Shown here: one piece after another, positions 38,739 to 49,371 of the stretch
Layout of the letters: each line of letters opens with the position of its first letter
Numbering within the stretch: the stretch's first letter is position 1
Source of the DNA: a virus
Virus record (IMG/VR): IMGVR_UViG_3300045988_059906
Direction: 5' to 3' (one strand)
Length of the DNA: 64,000 nt
Notes under the pieces: generated by a model
What the model was told of the DNA's origin: nothing
Seen by the model: the letters and a program-made list of their open reading frames with translations, nothing else
Database searches by the model: none
Position numbers and translations under genes: made by a program

Positions 38739-38791
38739 AATCCTGACACAAATGTGTTTCGTCGCAATTTTCAGCGACTCATCAGAGGATT
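38739..38791 (-). ncRNA. hammerhead ribozyme (type I), copy 2
   Basis: The minus-strand RNA reads AAUCCU-CUGAUGA-GUCGC(UGAAAAUU)GCGAC-GAA-ACAC(AUUU)GUGU-C|AGGAUU. The cores match copy 1, with compensatory changes in stems II and III. Confidence 0.75.
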
Positions 38792-38820
38792 TTTAAAAAT
38801 ATCCCCACAGCGGTGGGGAT
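38791..38820 (-). terminator. rho-independent terminator (minus strand)
   Basis: Hairpin atccccacagcggtggggat (7-bp GC-rich stem), followed on the minus strand by a U run (rc of aaaaat). Confidence 0.5.
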
Positions 38821-39861
38821 AAAAAATGAACACTATCAAAAGACCTTCCTGTGCCACTCTCCTTTGAATTGTTTCACAACAATTACATAGTCTCTGGGCG
38901 TACTCATTATAGTCTCCAATAATACACAACAATAGTTCCCTACTCTGGACTTGAACCAGAATCTTCTCCTTTAGAGAGAGATATACTGACTTGTACTAGT
39001 AGGGAAATACTCCACTGCCTAAGCTCCCTATGGGAGCTGTAGGCTATCTAGAATAAGATGGAGAGTTATTTAGATAGTTTCCTATGCTATCTACGTTACT
39101 AACGTTCACTAAGAATATAGGTAGCTAATCCATATTCTTGCGACTGAGTTCGAGGTAGGAAATATACCCTTATGAGGTATCCTCTTATCAGCTAACCTTA
39201 TTTTAATCTAGCGGCTTATACTAGGCAACTTCTAAATAAATAAAATGCATAACTATAAGTGATATGCTTTGGTCGACTGGCATATCAGCAGTACTTCATA
39301 ATATTGCTATAAGTGACCAACCCTATAGCTCAATCCTCTTGTAATAGTGTTTAAGTTTGCGAATATACACATTACAATCGTAGCAGTTATTTTCGGATAT
39401 TGGGCTATCTGCGTAACCCCGCTTTTTGTTGCCTTTTTATGGGCTAATGTTAGAGTAAATAATCATTGTAGTATGAGTTATAAAACTCGTCCTACTGGCG
39501 ATTTTTTGAAAACTGGAAAAAGTCGGAAAATTGGCTGCCGACGTTCTGGACAATTATTCTCCTTACTCTCCATATTTTCACGTGAAACATACACGATTTT
39601 ACTAGAAATGATAGTCTTTCCTATCAGCCAGACATAAAACTAAAACTACTACAAAAGTTAACTCGGTTTTTGATTTTTTTTTGTTTTGTTGTTGATTTCT
39701 CCGTTGACCAATGTTCCAATGATGGAGTTCATATGGGCATTTTATTTTAACTCATAATACCTTAGAGCTGCACGTTTGACTTATTTTAAATCTCGTTGTG
39801 CGCTGAGATTGACTCTAAGATTCGGTCACACTCTCACTTATTTATACACGAGAGAGTCGTG

Positions 39862-40056
39862 TTAATCTACAAAGACAATTCTTATTACTTTTGGGATGTC
39901 TTCTTCTGACTTTTGATAAGTCATAATCCATGCTTCAGAAGCTTTACAATAAACTCTGTCCGCTTTGAGATTTAACTTTTCTCCAGTCTTTGGGTCATAG
40001 ATTGCTCCCCAGCTATACAAACACTTTTTCGTTCTGAACTTTTTTCTCGTGTCCAT
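39862..40056 (-). CDS. hypothetical protein
   Basis: 64-aa ORF. Confidence 0.3.
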   Translation of the reverse strand: MDTRKKFRTKKCLYSWGAIYDPKTGEKLNLKADRVYCKASEAWIMTYQKSEEDIPKVIRIVFVD

Positions 40057-40107
40057 AACTACAAAGACTATTTGTATGTAAAAGAAAGGGGATTTCTCCC
40101 CTTTCTT

Positions 40108-40554
40108 TTACTCGTAATCCTCAACCTCAAGCTTGTAAGTTCTCTTGGTATAAGCTGGAACTTCTCCGTGTGCCTCGATGTCTTCAGAGGTGATGCTCTT
40201 AACCACAAATGTTACTTTGTGGTCTATGCACCAAACAAGGAAATTTGCATTTTCCAAAGGAGTAGAACCAATAGCAGGAGCTTCGTCGTCGATAGTTACG
40301 CCAGCGAAGTGTTTAGCTCCGATTGATGCACCACTGTCAGTTGTGAAAGTGATAGGCACAAACCTTGCTTGTCCTTCTCTTTGTGTGTTGTTTGTCAATT
40401 CCATTTTGTTCATAGCAACAATCTGGAACTTATCGCCCTTCTTCAAGCCGACAACAACTGAACGTTCATTACCTTCCAAACCTAATGAGTTTACCACTGA
40501 TTTAGCACGTTCTTCTACGCTGAGATTACTGTTTTTTAATTCTTCGAGTGTCAT
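40108..40554 (-). CDS. hypothetical protein
   Basis: 148-aa ORF. This is the last minus-strand gene before the strand switch. Confidence 0.4.
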   Translation of the reverse strand: MTLEELKNSNLSVEERAKSVVNSLGLEGNERSVVVGLKKGDKFQIVAMNKMELTNNTQREGQARFVPITFTTDSGASIGAKHFAGVTIDDEAPAIGSTPLENANFLVWCIDHKVTFVVKSITSEDIEAHGEVPAYTKRTYKLEVEDYE

Positions 40555-40872
40555 AATACTAAAAATTTTTAATTTGTTAATACTGTGAGTTACTTTTGTT
40601 TTTGTTTTAGTTTTATATCAATATACAGGGGGGGACTAAAGGGGTTGTGGACCGCCATAACAGTCTCTCATATAATTTTCGGAATCTAGGTAATTTTCAC
40701 CTGTATATAAATTCCGAATTTATTAAACCCCCAGGGGGCTATTTATATAAAGTACCTGTACCCATTTGCGGATAACTAAATGAAATATGTATAATATTAG
40801 AATTAGAATTTTTTAACTTTGTATTTAACTTTTCAGAAGGTATTGTTGTATATAACTAAAAAAGAAACAATT

Positions 40873-41274
40873 ATGATTACAGACTTAGAAACATTACTAA
40901 ATTAGGACGAGTTTAAGAATCTCGTTGATGCAATTAATAAGAACTAGGAGTATTATCTATCAAGTAATGGTCTAACCATTAAAGCGGAATCTACAGATGA
41001 TTCTTTATTCTTATTAATATCTTATGAGAGATAGAAAGAGGAAAGCTGTCTAGCTAATGAAGAAGTAGGCAAATTCCAGAAATACTTAGAATCTTTAGAT
41101 GATGATTTATTTATAGATGTCTGCGAATATCTAGGAGAGTCCGAATTGAATAAAATTCAAGAATGTTTGGAAAGTGGAAAATTGGAATCAGTAAGAGCTG
41201 GAATTACTAAATTCAGAATGGCATTATCTAATGTGGTAACTATGAAAATAGAACAACTGAAAGCATATGTATGA
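40873..41274 (+). CDS. hypothetical protein, 3 in-frame TAG
   Basis: The frame from ATG (40873) to TGA (41272) is open except for three TAG codons. Confidence 0.45.
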
Positions 41275-41407
41275 ACAAATAGCTCAAATAAGAATACTCC
41301 TTGCTAATGTAAATGCAACCATGTAGGCTTTATTTCACGAAAACGAACAGCTAAGGAAAGAACTAGAGAAATTGGCAGCGGAGAATAAATCTCTAAAAGA
41401 GAAATAA
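41267..41407 (+). CDS. small protein, 1 in-frame TAG
   Basis: ATGTATGA overlaps the upstream stop. One TAG, ends with TAA. Confidence 0.3.
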
Positions 41408-41411
41408 ATAC

Positions 41412-41483
41412 TGCCCTATGGTGTAATGGTCAGCACAGATGACTCTAAATCATTTAGTCTGGGTTCGAATCCTAGTAGGGCAA
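41412..41483 (+). tRNA. amber suppressor tRNA (anticodon CTA), tRNA-Gln-derived
   Basis: TGCCCTA-TG-GTGT-AATGGTCA-GCAC-A-GATGA-CTCTAAA-TCATT-TAGT-CTGGG-TTCGAAT-CCTAG-TAGGGCA-A. U1:A72, and the D arm is near-identical to both tRNA-Gln(UUG) genes. The anticodon CTA sits at 41445-41447. Confidence 0.8.
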
Positions 41484-41500
41484 CGCCAAAATTAATAGTT

Positions 41501-41728
41501 ATGATAAATTTAAATGAGAATTATGCTGTAACTCCAACAGGAGCTAAGACCCTTATTATTGAAGAGGGAGATGATTGGAATAAAGTTTGCGATAAGGTAG
41601 TTGGATGTAGATTTGATTACATATTTGTACCTCAAGAATTTGAGAATCAAGCCTGCTACTTTCTTCCACAAATAAGTATTCAAGGAAAGCAGATAGGTAA
41701 GATATGTACTTATAAAGTAGTGAAATGA
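41501..41728 (+). CDS. hypothetical protein
   Basis: ORF track 41426..41728, trimmed to the Met after the tRNA. Confidence 0.35.
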   Translation: MINLNENYAVTPTGAKTLIIEEGDDWNKVCDKVVGCRFDYIFVPQEFENQACYFLPQISIQGKQIGKICTYKVVK

Positions 41729-42039
41729 AACAGTGTGCAGTCGTATTGAATGGTAATGATGTTGTCAAAGTTTCTAATTTAAAAAGAAAGTATGACAAAA
41801 TAATGAGTAATCCCAATATGAAAATATTGGAGGAGTGTGATAAGGAAATGCTAGATGAGAAATACAACTACTGGAATAGAACATTAAATAGAAATATAGA
41901 AGAGGAGAAAAATGAGGAAGCAAAACTCCATCATTTTAGGAATCCAAAAACAGGTTGCACTATAGCAAGTATCTATCCAGATTTAGAGGAATGTAAATCA
42001 TATATAAAAGACTGGATGGATTATGTTAAACTTGACTGA
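41725..42039 (+). CDS. hypothetical protein
   Basis: 104-aa ORF. Confidence 0.35.
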   Translation: MKQCAVVLNGNDVVKVSNLKRKYDKIMSNPNMKILEECDKEMLDEKYNYWNRTLNRNIEEEKNEEAKLHHFRNPKTGCTIASIYPDLEECKSYIKDWMDYVKLD

Positions 42040-42207
42040 TAAATACAATGAACTAACTAAGCCAAATTTAAAAGAGTTATCTGAAACTATACTCCTAGCA
42101 GCAGAATCTTTAATTGAGATTGTTGCAGAAGAAGGAAAACAAAATGAACAATGGTTTCTAGATTACCTAGATGAATTAAATAGACTAAGTGTAATATACT
42201 AAAATAT

Positions 42208-42444
42208 ATGGATAAAGAATTTAAATTTGAAGTCTTTATTAACGGCCAACTAATAAATATGATAAAAGCTGGATATTTAGAAAGTACACTTAGAAGTGTT
42301 CCGGAGAATAAATCATTACTGATTGATATATGGAATGTAGTTGACAATTCAGTTAGAAATCTAATTAAAAATGGACTATATAAAGACACTACACTAGAAA
42401 AAGCAATAATTGATAATACATTTGAGGGATATGATAGACTTTAA
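42208..42444 (+). CDS. hypothetical protein
   Basis: 78-aa ORF. Confidence 0.35.
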   Translation: MDKEFKFEVFINGQLINMIKAGYLESTLRSVPENKSLLIDIWNVVDNSVRNLIKNGLYKDTTLEKAIIDNTFEGYDRL

Positions 42445-42646
42445 AAAGACATTGACAAACTTACATAATGAATTTCCAGAATTTGACTTGGATACATTAT
42501 TTAAAATAGTAGATGCTATAGTAGAAACTTCTACTCCTACAATAACCATCCCAAGTGGTATTAGATAGCCATCAGATAAACCTTGGTGGGAGGATGGTAT
42601 AAATAGAATCACTTGTACTTATGATACAAAGTATAATGTTAAATAA
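42431..42646 (+). CDS. small protein, 1 in-frame TAG
   Basis: ATG at 42431 through TAA at 42644, with one TAG. Confidence 0.3.
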
Positions 42647-42950
42647 AAATAGGCGAACCTAATCTCTAGGCTCACCTATTTTGTTATATAATATAGTACC
42701 AATCAGTTCTCTCCATGACTCCCTTTTCTCTAAGCTATTTATTATCTAAATGATAATCTCCGTTTCTGAAATTCAATTCCTTTTTAGAATAATCCCAATA
42801 AAAATATCCTCTCCATCCAGGAAGTAAGAGAGTACGACCTGTTGCCGCGTGTAAAGTTGCTTTGTTATAGTCCATGTTACTTTTTAAATATAAATAGTAA
42901 ATATAGATATATTCTTAATACAATCTCTTTAATGCACTTAATAATGTTTT

Positions 42951-43292
42951 TCATCGTTTCTTAGTTTTAATAAATCCATAAGTTCCCTTCTTTAATCTAG
43001 TAGTAGGAATCCATCCATTATCTAGAATAGACCTATGTCCACTCGGTTTATGTATCTTAGCCCCATCTTCGTGTTTCCATTTAGAAGCATTTCTAGCAAA
43101 ATTAGCTCGCTTCTTCTAAAGAGGGGTAGCGTTAGGATTGTTTAGTACATGCTTAGCGTGTTCTTGTACAGATTCTCCTGCTGCCTTGGCAGATGCTGTA
43201 AATTTGCCTCTGTTCTTCTCTTTAATGTGAATGCCCGACCCATTTTTGAAAATTGGACACCCAAATGTTGTAATTTTCTTACTGTTAGACAT
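42951..43292 (-). CDS. hypothetical protein, 1 in-frame TAG (minus strand)
   Basis: From ATG (43292) to TGA (42951), with one TAG between NATPL and KKRANF. Confidence 0.4.
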
Positions 43293-43406
43293 TTTTAATA
43301 TAATGTATTATTTATTGATTTGTATCTTACAAAGAATATTAATATACTTGAAAAGTATCAAATAAATATAGATAAATGTGATAAATGATTAAATGAATTA
43401 TGACTA

Positions 43407-44321
43407 ATGGACAAAAGTAAAATTACAAAACAAAATGGGAACATAGCTTTTGAGGAAGAAGCTCATATTTATTATGATGTTACAAAGCCAGAACAGAAGT
43501 TTATATCTGTAACGACTTTAATTCATTCTTTCACCCAACCATTTGATAAGGAGTTCTGGTCAGCATATAAAGCACTAGAGAAACTCTTACCTAAAGAAGA
43601 TTGGGCTATAGAAAAAAAGTCTTTGTTGAACACTAAGAAATTTGATAAAGTTCTACTTGAACTTCATAACATTACAGAAGACGAGTTTAATAAAGAGCAA
43701 CAAGCTATCTTAGATGCTTGGGATTTAGAGAATAGAAACTCATGCGAGAGGGGAACTAAAATCCATGCAGATTTGGAAAACTCTTTCTATAAAAAGAAAC
43801 AGAACATAGACCTTAGTAAATATCAAATAGGTGGCAAGTTCGAGTGTATAAAAGACCACAATGAATTAGACTTAGAGAATGGTGTATATCCTGAGTATTT
43901 AATATCTAGAGTATCGGATGATGGAAAGCTAAGAATAGCAGGACAGATTGACTTATTAGTTAAAAGAGGAAATAAGATAATTATAGGAGACTGGAAGACC
44001 AATAAGAAAATAGAAACTAAGAGTTTCTTCAATTCTAAAACCAAAACTTCTGTTAAGATGAAATATCCTCTAAATAATTTAGATGATGTTAATTACTGGC
44101 ACTATACTTTACAATTAAGTACTTATGCTTGGATGATTCAAAAGAAAAATCCAGAGTTTGAAATAGAGGATTTGGTTTTGGTACATTTCGACCATAATGA
44201 CAATATGACAGTATATCATTTGCCATATCTAAAAGATGAGGTTATAAAAATGCTAGCCTTCTATAAGAAGGAATCTATATTGGCAGAAAATAAAAGAAAA
44301 CGTCAACGTATTGAATATTAA
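43407..44321 (+). CDS. PD-(D/E)XK (RecB/Cas4-like) nuclease
   Basis: GQIDLL...IIGDWKT forms a D..D/ExK pattern, and the C-terminal QLSTY is a QxxxY motif. Confidence 0.45.
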   Translation: MDKSKITKQNGNIAFEEEAHIYYDVTKPEQKFISVTTLIHSFTQPFDKEFWSAYKALEKLLPKEDWAIEKKSLLNTKKFDKVLLELHNITEDEFNKEQQAILDAWDLENRNSCERGTKIHADLENSFYKKKQNIDLSKYQIGGKFECIKDHNELDLENGVYPEYLISRVSDDGKLRIAGQIDLLVKRGNKIIIGDWKTNKKIETKSFFNSKTKTSVKMKYPLNNLDDVNYWHYTLQLSTYAWMIQKKNPEFEIEDLVLVHFDHNDNMTVYHLPYLKDEVIKMLAFYKKESILAENKRKRQRIEY

Positions 44322-44323
44322 TT

Positions 44324-44539
44324 ATGACACTAGAGGAAATAGAAGAAAGATTTGAGATATGTAGACGCTGTCCAATATGTGACCAAGATAATGGATTATG
44401 TAATGGGCATTTGTATCTAAATCCAAAGAATAATGATATAAGTATAAGCCCTAAAGAAGGGTATATAAAGGGATGTGGATGTTTACTAGAGAAGAAGATT
44501 CCAAACGAAAAGAAACATTGTCCAGCAGGGAAATGGTAA
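44324..44539 (+). CDS. zinc-ribbon protein
   Basis: CRRCPIC and CGC cysteines. Confidence 0.35.
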   Translation: MTLEEIEERFEICRRCPICDQDNGLCNGHLYLNPKNNDISISPKEGYIKGCGCLLEKKIPNEKKHCPAGKW

Positions 44540-44859
44540 TCTATGGAACTCCTATATTATATAAACCAGATAAGCATTATATACTTACTGTCCAAAATAT
44601 AAATAGGGAAACAAAGGAGGAAGATATGATATGGAAATGGATTAAAGCAATATTTACTAAACCTTTAACAATATTGAAAAGTATATATTTCAATATATTC
44701 GGAATAAATCAAGATTTGACAACCAAAAGATTAAAAATTTGTGACGCTTGTTCCCATAAATTACAAACATCTGTTGGGGAAGTGTGCGATGAATGTGGTT
44801 GTATATTAGAGAATAAAACAAGAATTGAAGATGAACATTGTGATTTATGTAAATGGTAA
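44533..44859 (+). CDS. zinc-binding protein
   Basis: Trimmed to the internal Met. CDAC...CDEC...CDLC motifs. Confidence 0.35.
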   Translation: MVIYGTPILYKPDKHYILTVQNINRETKEEDMIWKWIKAIFTKPLTILKSIYFNIFGINQDLTTKRLKICDACSHKLQTSVGEVCDECGCILENKTRIEDEHCDLCKW

Positions 44860-44867
44860 AATGAATT

Positions 44868-45470
44868 ATGGAAACTTTAAGAACAGAATTAAACAGTAAC
44901 GAAAAACTAGCACTATCATTAACTGGAATGGAAGGTACGGGAGAACATTTTATTTTAAATGGAGAAGCTGCAGACCAAACATTATTAAGAGAAAAACAAG
45001 AGAAGTTTAATACCTCAGTAGATGAGTTAGAAGATAAATTCTCTAAACATAATCAGGCACTAGAGGATTACGCTAAATCATTATCTAACGATATGAATGG
45101 AGTTGAAATTATGCCGATGTATGGGTATGCATTAATTAAACCCTTTGAACAAAACCCATTCCAAAAAATAAAAACTACTAAAAGCGGTCTTATTACTGAT
45201 TTAGGTGGATTTACTCCTACTTATAAATCTAATGAGACTGGAGAAATTGAAGAAGAGCAACAATTTATTAAGGTAGGAACTGTGATAGAAGTAGGACATA
45301 AGTGTGAGTTCTTGAAGCCTGGAGATATTGTATTTTATACAATAGCTAGTGAATGTATGGTTCCATTCTATAAACTAGGATTTGTAGTAGTTAATGAGAA
45401 TAGAATCATGGCTGTAGTTAATGAGAAACTAACTGAAAGAAGAGACGAATTGAAGCATGGAAACAATTGA
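44868..45470 (+). CDS. hypothetical protein
   Basis: 200-aa ORF with no TAG. Confidence 0.4.
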   Translation: METLRTELNSNEKLALSLTGMEGTGEHFILNGEAADQTLLREKQEKFNTSVDELEDKFSKHNQALEDYAKSLSNDMNGVEIMPMYGYALIKPFEQNPFQKIKTTKSGLITDLGGFTPTYKSNETGEIEEEQQFIKVGTVIEVGHKCEFLKPGDIVFYTIASECMVPFYKLGFVVVNENRIMAVVNEKLTERRDELKHGNN

Positions 45471-45681
45471 TGAAAAAGTTTATTTTAAGCCTGGGGATTG
45501 TGTTACTTTACGGTAGTGTAAAGTAATGCACTCTCCAGTTATGCTTGTTCTAAGAAGAGAAGCAGCTTTATTTAAAGATAACCAAGGATTACGAGGACTA
45601 AGATGTAGATGGTTTACTGATTCTGGATTAATGCAGGAAGCAGTATTTAATACAAAGGATTTAATTAAAGTAGAAGAGTAA
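45457..45681 (+). CDS. small protein, 1 in-frame TAG
   Basis: ATG at 45457 through TAA at 45679, with one TAG. Confidence 0.3.
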
Positions 45682-46253
45682 TGGCTAATTAGGAAGAATT
45701 ACAGAAGGCATTCATGGCATACTTGATACAAGATGCCCAAGCACAAGGAATACAATTACAATCAGAGCAAGATTTATAGGCTTACGCTGAATAGCTTGGA
45801 GAAGATGGAATTAAAGCCAAGTATCAAGAATTTATGTAGAAGATGCAAGGCGGAGTTATGGCTAGACTTGGAGCTAAACTAGAATACTATAAAAAATTAA
45901 AAGGAGTATGCCCAGAAGGAGAGGAACTTGTTTATTTTAAACAGGGAGGAAGAATCTGCAAAGCTTGCCAAAAAGCATAGAAAGGAACTAAGGTTACTAA
46001 GAAAGCTAATGAAGTTGACAAGTTCAAAGCTGGAAGAGCTTAGTATAAAAAGGATATGAAATCTGCAAAGGATGAAGCATCTAGGGATTCTGTGTCCATT
46101 AATAAATATAATGACTAGGAGGTCATGGCAAATAGAGGACACAGGGGAAACTTTAAAAATGGAAAATGGGTTCCAGATAGAACAAAGTATGCTAAGAAGG
46201 ATGCTTGTGGTTCTAAAATGAAAGTAAGTAAATGCGGTTCTAAAATGAAATAA
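45681..46253 (+). CDS. Gln-rich protein, 8 in-frame TAG
   Basis: Reading TAG as Q gives MANQEELQKAF...IQLQSEQDLQAYAEQLGEDG, where TAG sits among CAA/CAG-encoded glutamines. Ends with TAA. Confidence 0.5.
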
Positions 46254-46289
46254 AAAGATTAAAGATGTTAATGTTAATGATTGATGAGT

Positions 46290-46850
46290 ATGAATGTATT
46301 TAATTATAACACTTTAACTAAATAGTTAGAAATAAATGAACCAGAGCTTCTTCTAGTTAAAGAGTTTAAGGCTTTGATACAGAGAGATAAATCTGTTGAC
46401 AAGGAACGAGTAACTAGAGAATTATCTTACATTTATCTAGCTATTGATTGGAAGAGTCCCTATAGCCAATATTCAGAACATGAAAGACATGATGAAGCTA
46501 TTAGTGACTCTGGACTATCTGAATCCGAATTTAATGACCCGTTATTCAGGGAAGCCTGTAGAAAATACCGAGCATTGTAGGATTCTAACAAATCAATAAA
46601 ACTTCTAGAAGCAGCTAAAAGAGCAGCTGACTAGTTTATTGATTATTTTGATACTATAGTAGATTTAAATGAACGTGATAATAATGGCAAACCCGTCTTT
46701 CAAGCTGAAAAGGTAATGAAAGAAATGGCTACTCTTCATAAAGTTCATGAAGAATTAGTAACACTAGAAGAGCAGGTTAAGAAAGAGCTTACAGAACAAT
46801 CTACTGTAAGAGGTGGAGCTACAGACGGCTTTGACCCAGGAGACTTTTAA
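46290..46850 (+). CDS. putative terminase small subunit or DNA-binding protein, 3 in-frame TAG
   Basis: Continuous frame from ATG (46290) to TAA (46848), immediately upstream of TerL. Confidence 0.35.
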
Positions 46851-46852
46851 TT

Positions 46853-49213
46853 ATGCCTAGAAAGAAAAAAATATTACCTGAAGAAATCTAGAATATAGTA
46901 GATTAGGTAAGAGAGAAAGAACAAAAAGAGGATGCCAAAGAAGCTAGAGAACTAGTATAGAAGATAAGAGAGGAAAGGGGCAAAAATGCTGATTATTGGG
47001 ATGTAAAGAGAGGAGATAAGATAGAGGTATTTGACCCTACTTTATCTTATGAAATAACTGGATATAGACCAATAGATGAAACACACGGTCTTGACTTCGA
47101 CCCAGATTGGTTTACTGAGACCAGAGAAGTGTATAGAAAAACTGGAAAGTATTGTCCATATCTAAAAGATAGTAAGAGATATAATGAGTTTTGGAAGGAA
47201 TAGTATAGAAGATGTAAATACGGAATGACTGTTAATGGTTATACAATTACTGGAGATAACTATTTCTTCCTAAACTTCTACTAGCTTCCTATTATTGATG
47301 ATAACAAGGCATCTGGAGAAGGAACAAGTAGTGACTTTCCTATATTTTTCGCATCTCATTATATGTTCTTTCATTATCTATAGATGGCTAGAGTTCTGCA
47401 TAAACACGCAGCTCTTATGAAAGCTCGTTCTATTGGATTCTCTGAAATAAATGCATCCTTATCTGCAAGAATGTATTCAGTAATCAGAAGAAGCAGAGTA
47501 ATGATTACTTGTTTTAATGATACCTTCCTTAAAGGTACTTTTAGTAAGTTTGATAATGCTTTAACATTCTTGAATACTTGTACAGGAGGAGGATTCTTCA
47601 AACTACGTTTGATTGACCAAGACTTAAGAAAGAAGTCTGGTAAACAGATTAAGGTAAACGGACAGTTTGAGGATGTTGGATTTAAATCAGAAGTAGTTGG
47701 AATAAATGGAGCTAAGGCATCTAATATTCGTGGAGACCGTGTTGACCTATTAATATATGATGAAGCGGGGTCTTGGCCCGGACTAGATACTGCTGTAGTG
47801 CAGGGACAAGAGCTTTGTGAAGTTCAGGGTAAACCTCGTGGAACAATGTTATTTGGAGGTACTGGTGGTGATATGGGTGCTCCATTAGCAGGTCTTAAGA
47901 AGATATATTACAATCCAAAAGCTTACAAAGTTCTTCCATTTAGACATAATTATACACAGGATGGGACTACTATTGAAAGTGGGTTCTTCATTCCATATTT
48001 TGTCTAGTCTCTAAATTCAGAATACATGGACCATAGAGGTGTATGTAATACAGTAGAATATAAAAAGTATCTATAGGAAGAGCGTGACAATTTATTAGCA
48101 GTTCCAGACGACTATCTAAAGAAGTGTGCCGAACGATGTTGGAATGCAGAAGAAGCATTTAATCTTGAAGGTGTTAACAAGTTCAACAAGATTCTTATTG
48201 CGGACCAGTTAGCTAATATAAGACTTAAGAAAATAGGACCAAGACCAGAATCTGGATACATAGACTATTTCTATAAAAATAATAAACACACCTAGGATAA
48301 TATAGATGGTTTTAAATGGATTCCTAATATTAACGGAAAAGTAAAAATACTTGAACATCCTGTATGGTCTGATTTGTATAAAGAGTAGATGGATAAACTT
48401 AGATAGGAAGCCGAGGAAAGGGGAGAAGAATTTGAATCTCCAGCGTACAAAGAAATGCATGATTTATATGTTGCAGGAATAGACGGTATTGATATAGGAG
48501 CTAGTCAAACTTCAAAAGAAACAAGAGATCCTTCTGATTTCTGTATAACTATAAAAAGAAGAGCATTTGGTCTAAACGAACCGTAGTATGTTGCTATGTA
48601 TAAAGACAGACCTAATGACATTAGAGAAGCCTATAAAATAGCTATGTGTTTAGCTAGATACTATAATTGTAGAATAAACATAGAAGCTACCCGTGTAGGT
48701 ATGATTACCTGGGCTAGAGAAAAGGGTTGTTTAAACTACTTTATGAAAAGACCTAGAGCTACTCTAACAGACGTCAAGAATGGAACTACTAAATAGTACG
48801 GAACACCCGCTACCAAAACTATTATAGAACAACATACTGATTTGACAGCAGCCTTTATTGAGGATTTCTGTCATACTATATGGTTTGAAGAAATGTTAGA
48901 CCAATTTACTGGATATAATGATGAGAATAAAGGTAAATTCGATATTGTAGCAGCTGTGGGAATGACAGAATTGGCAGACTAGGAATTGTCAGGAAGATAG
49001 CCAGTGCTTGTTGAAAAAGAAGTTGAACAATTCCAAGATTATGGTTATTATTACGACGAGAGAGGAATCAAAAGATTTGGGGTTATACCAACTTCTAAGA
49101 CTTTTGAAACTAACATACAAAAAAATGAATACGATGACCCATACAGAATTGAAACAAGTGATCCTAGGTTATATGAGAGACTTGTACAAAATGGAATACG
49201 TAGGTGGGCTTGA
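46853..49213 (+). CDS. terminase large subunit (TerL), with in-frame TAG
   Basis: About 787 codons in frame 2, with multiple in-frame TAG and a TGA stop. Contains the Walker B-like LLIYDEAGS and the nuclease-domain YVAGIDGIDIG. Confidence 0.65.
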
Positions 49214-49371
49214 AATTCAGAACCTAGATCCAGTTGGTTATAAGGTATCGTTTAACTTTGATAGGTCAGAGATGCCTTTAGTCATTATAGCTGATTTACC
49301 TGATGAAGAATTTCTCCCATTTATAAAGGAAGAATTAAGAAGTAGGAAGTTACAAAGAGTTAAATACTATA

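Noticed and set aside
42735-42875. Small minus-strand ORF (47 codons) ending with TAG
   Set aside because: It is too short, and it is ambiguous whether TAG is sense or stop here. It is not listed as a feature.
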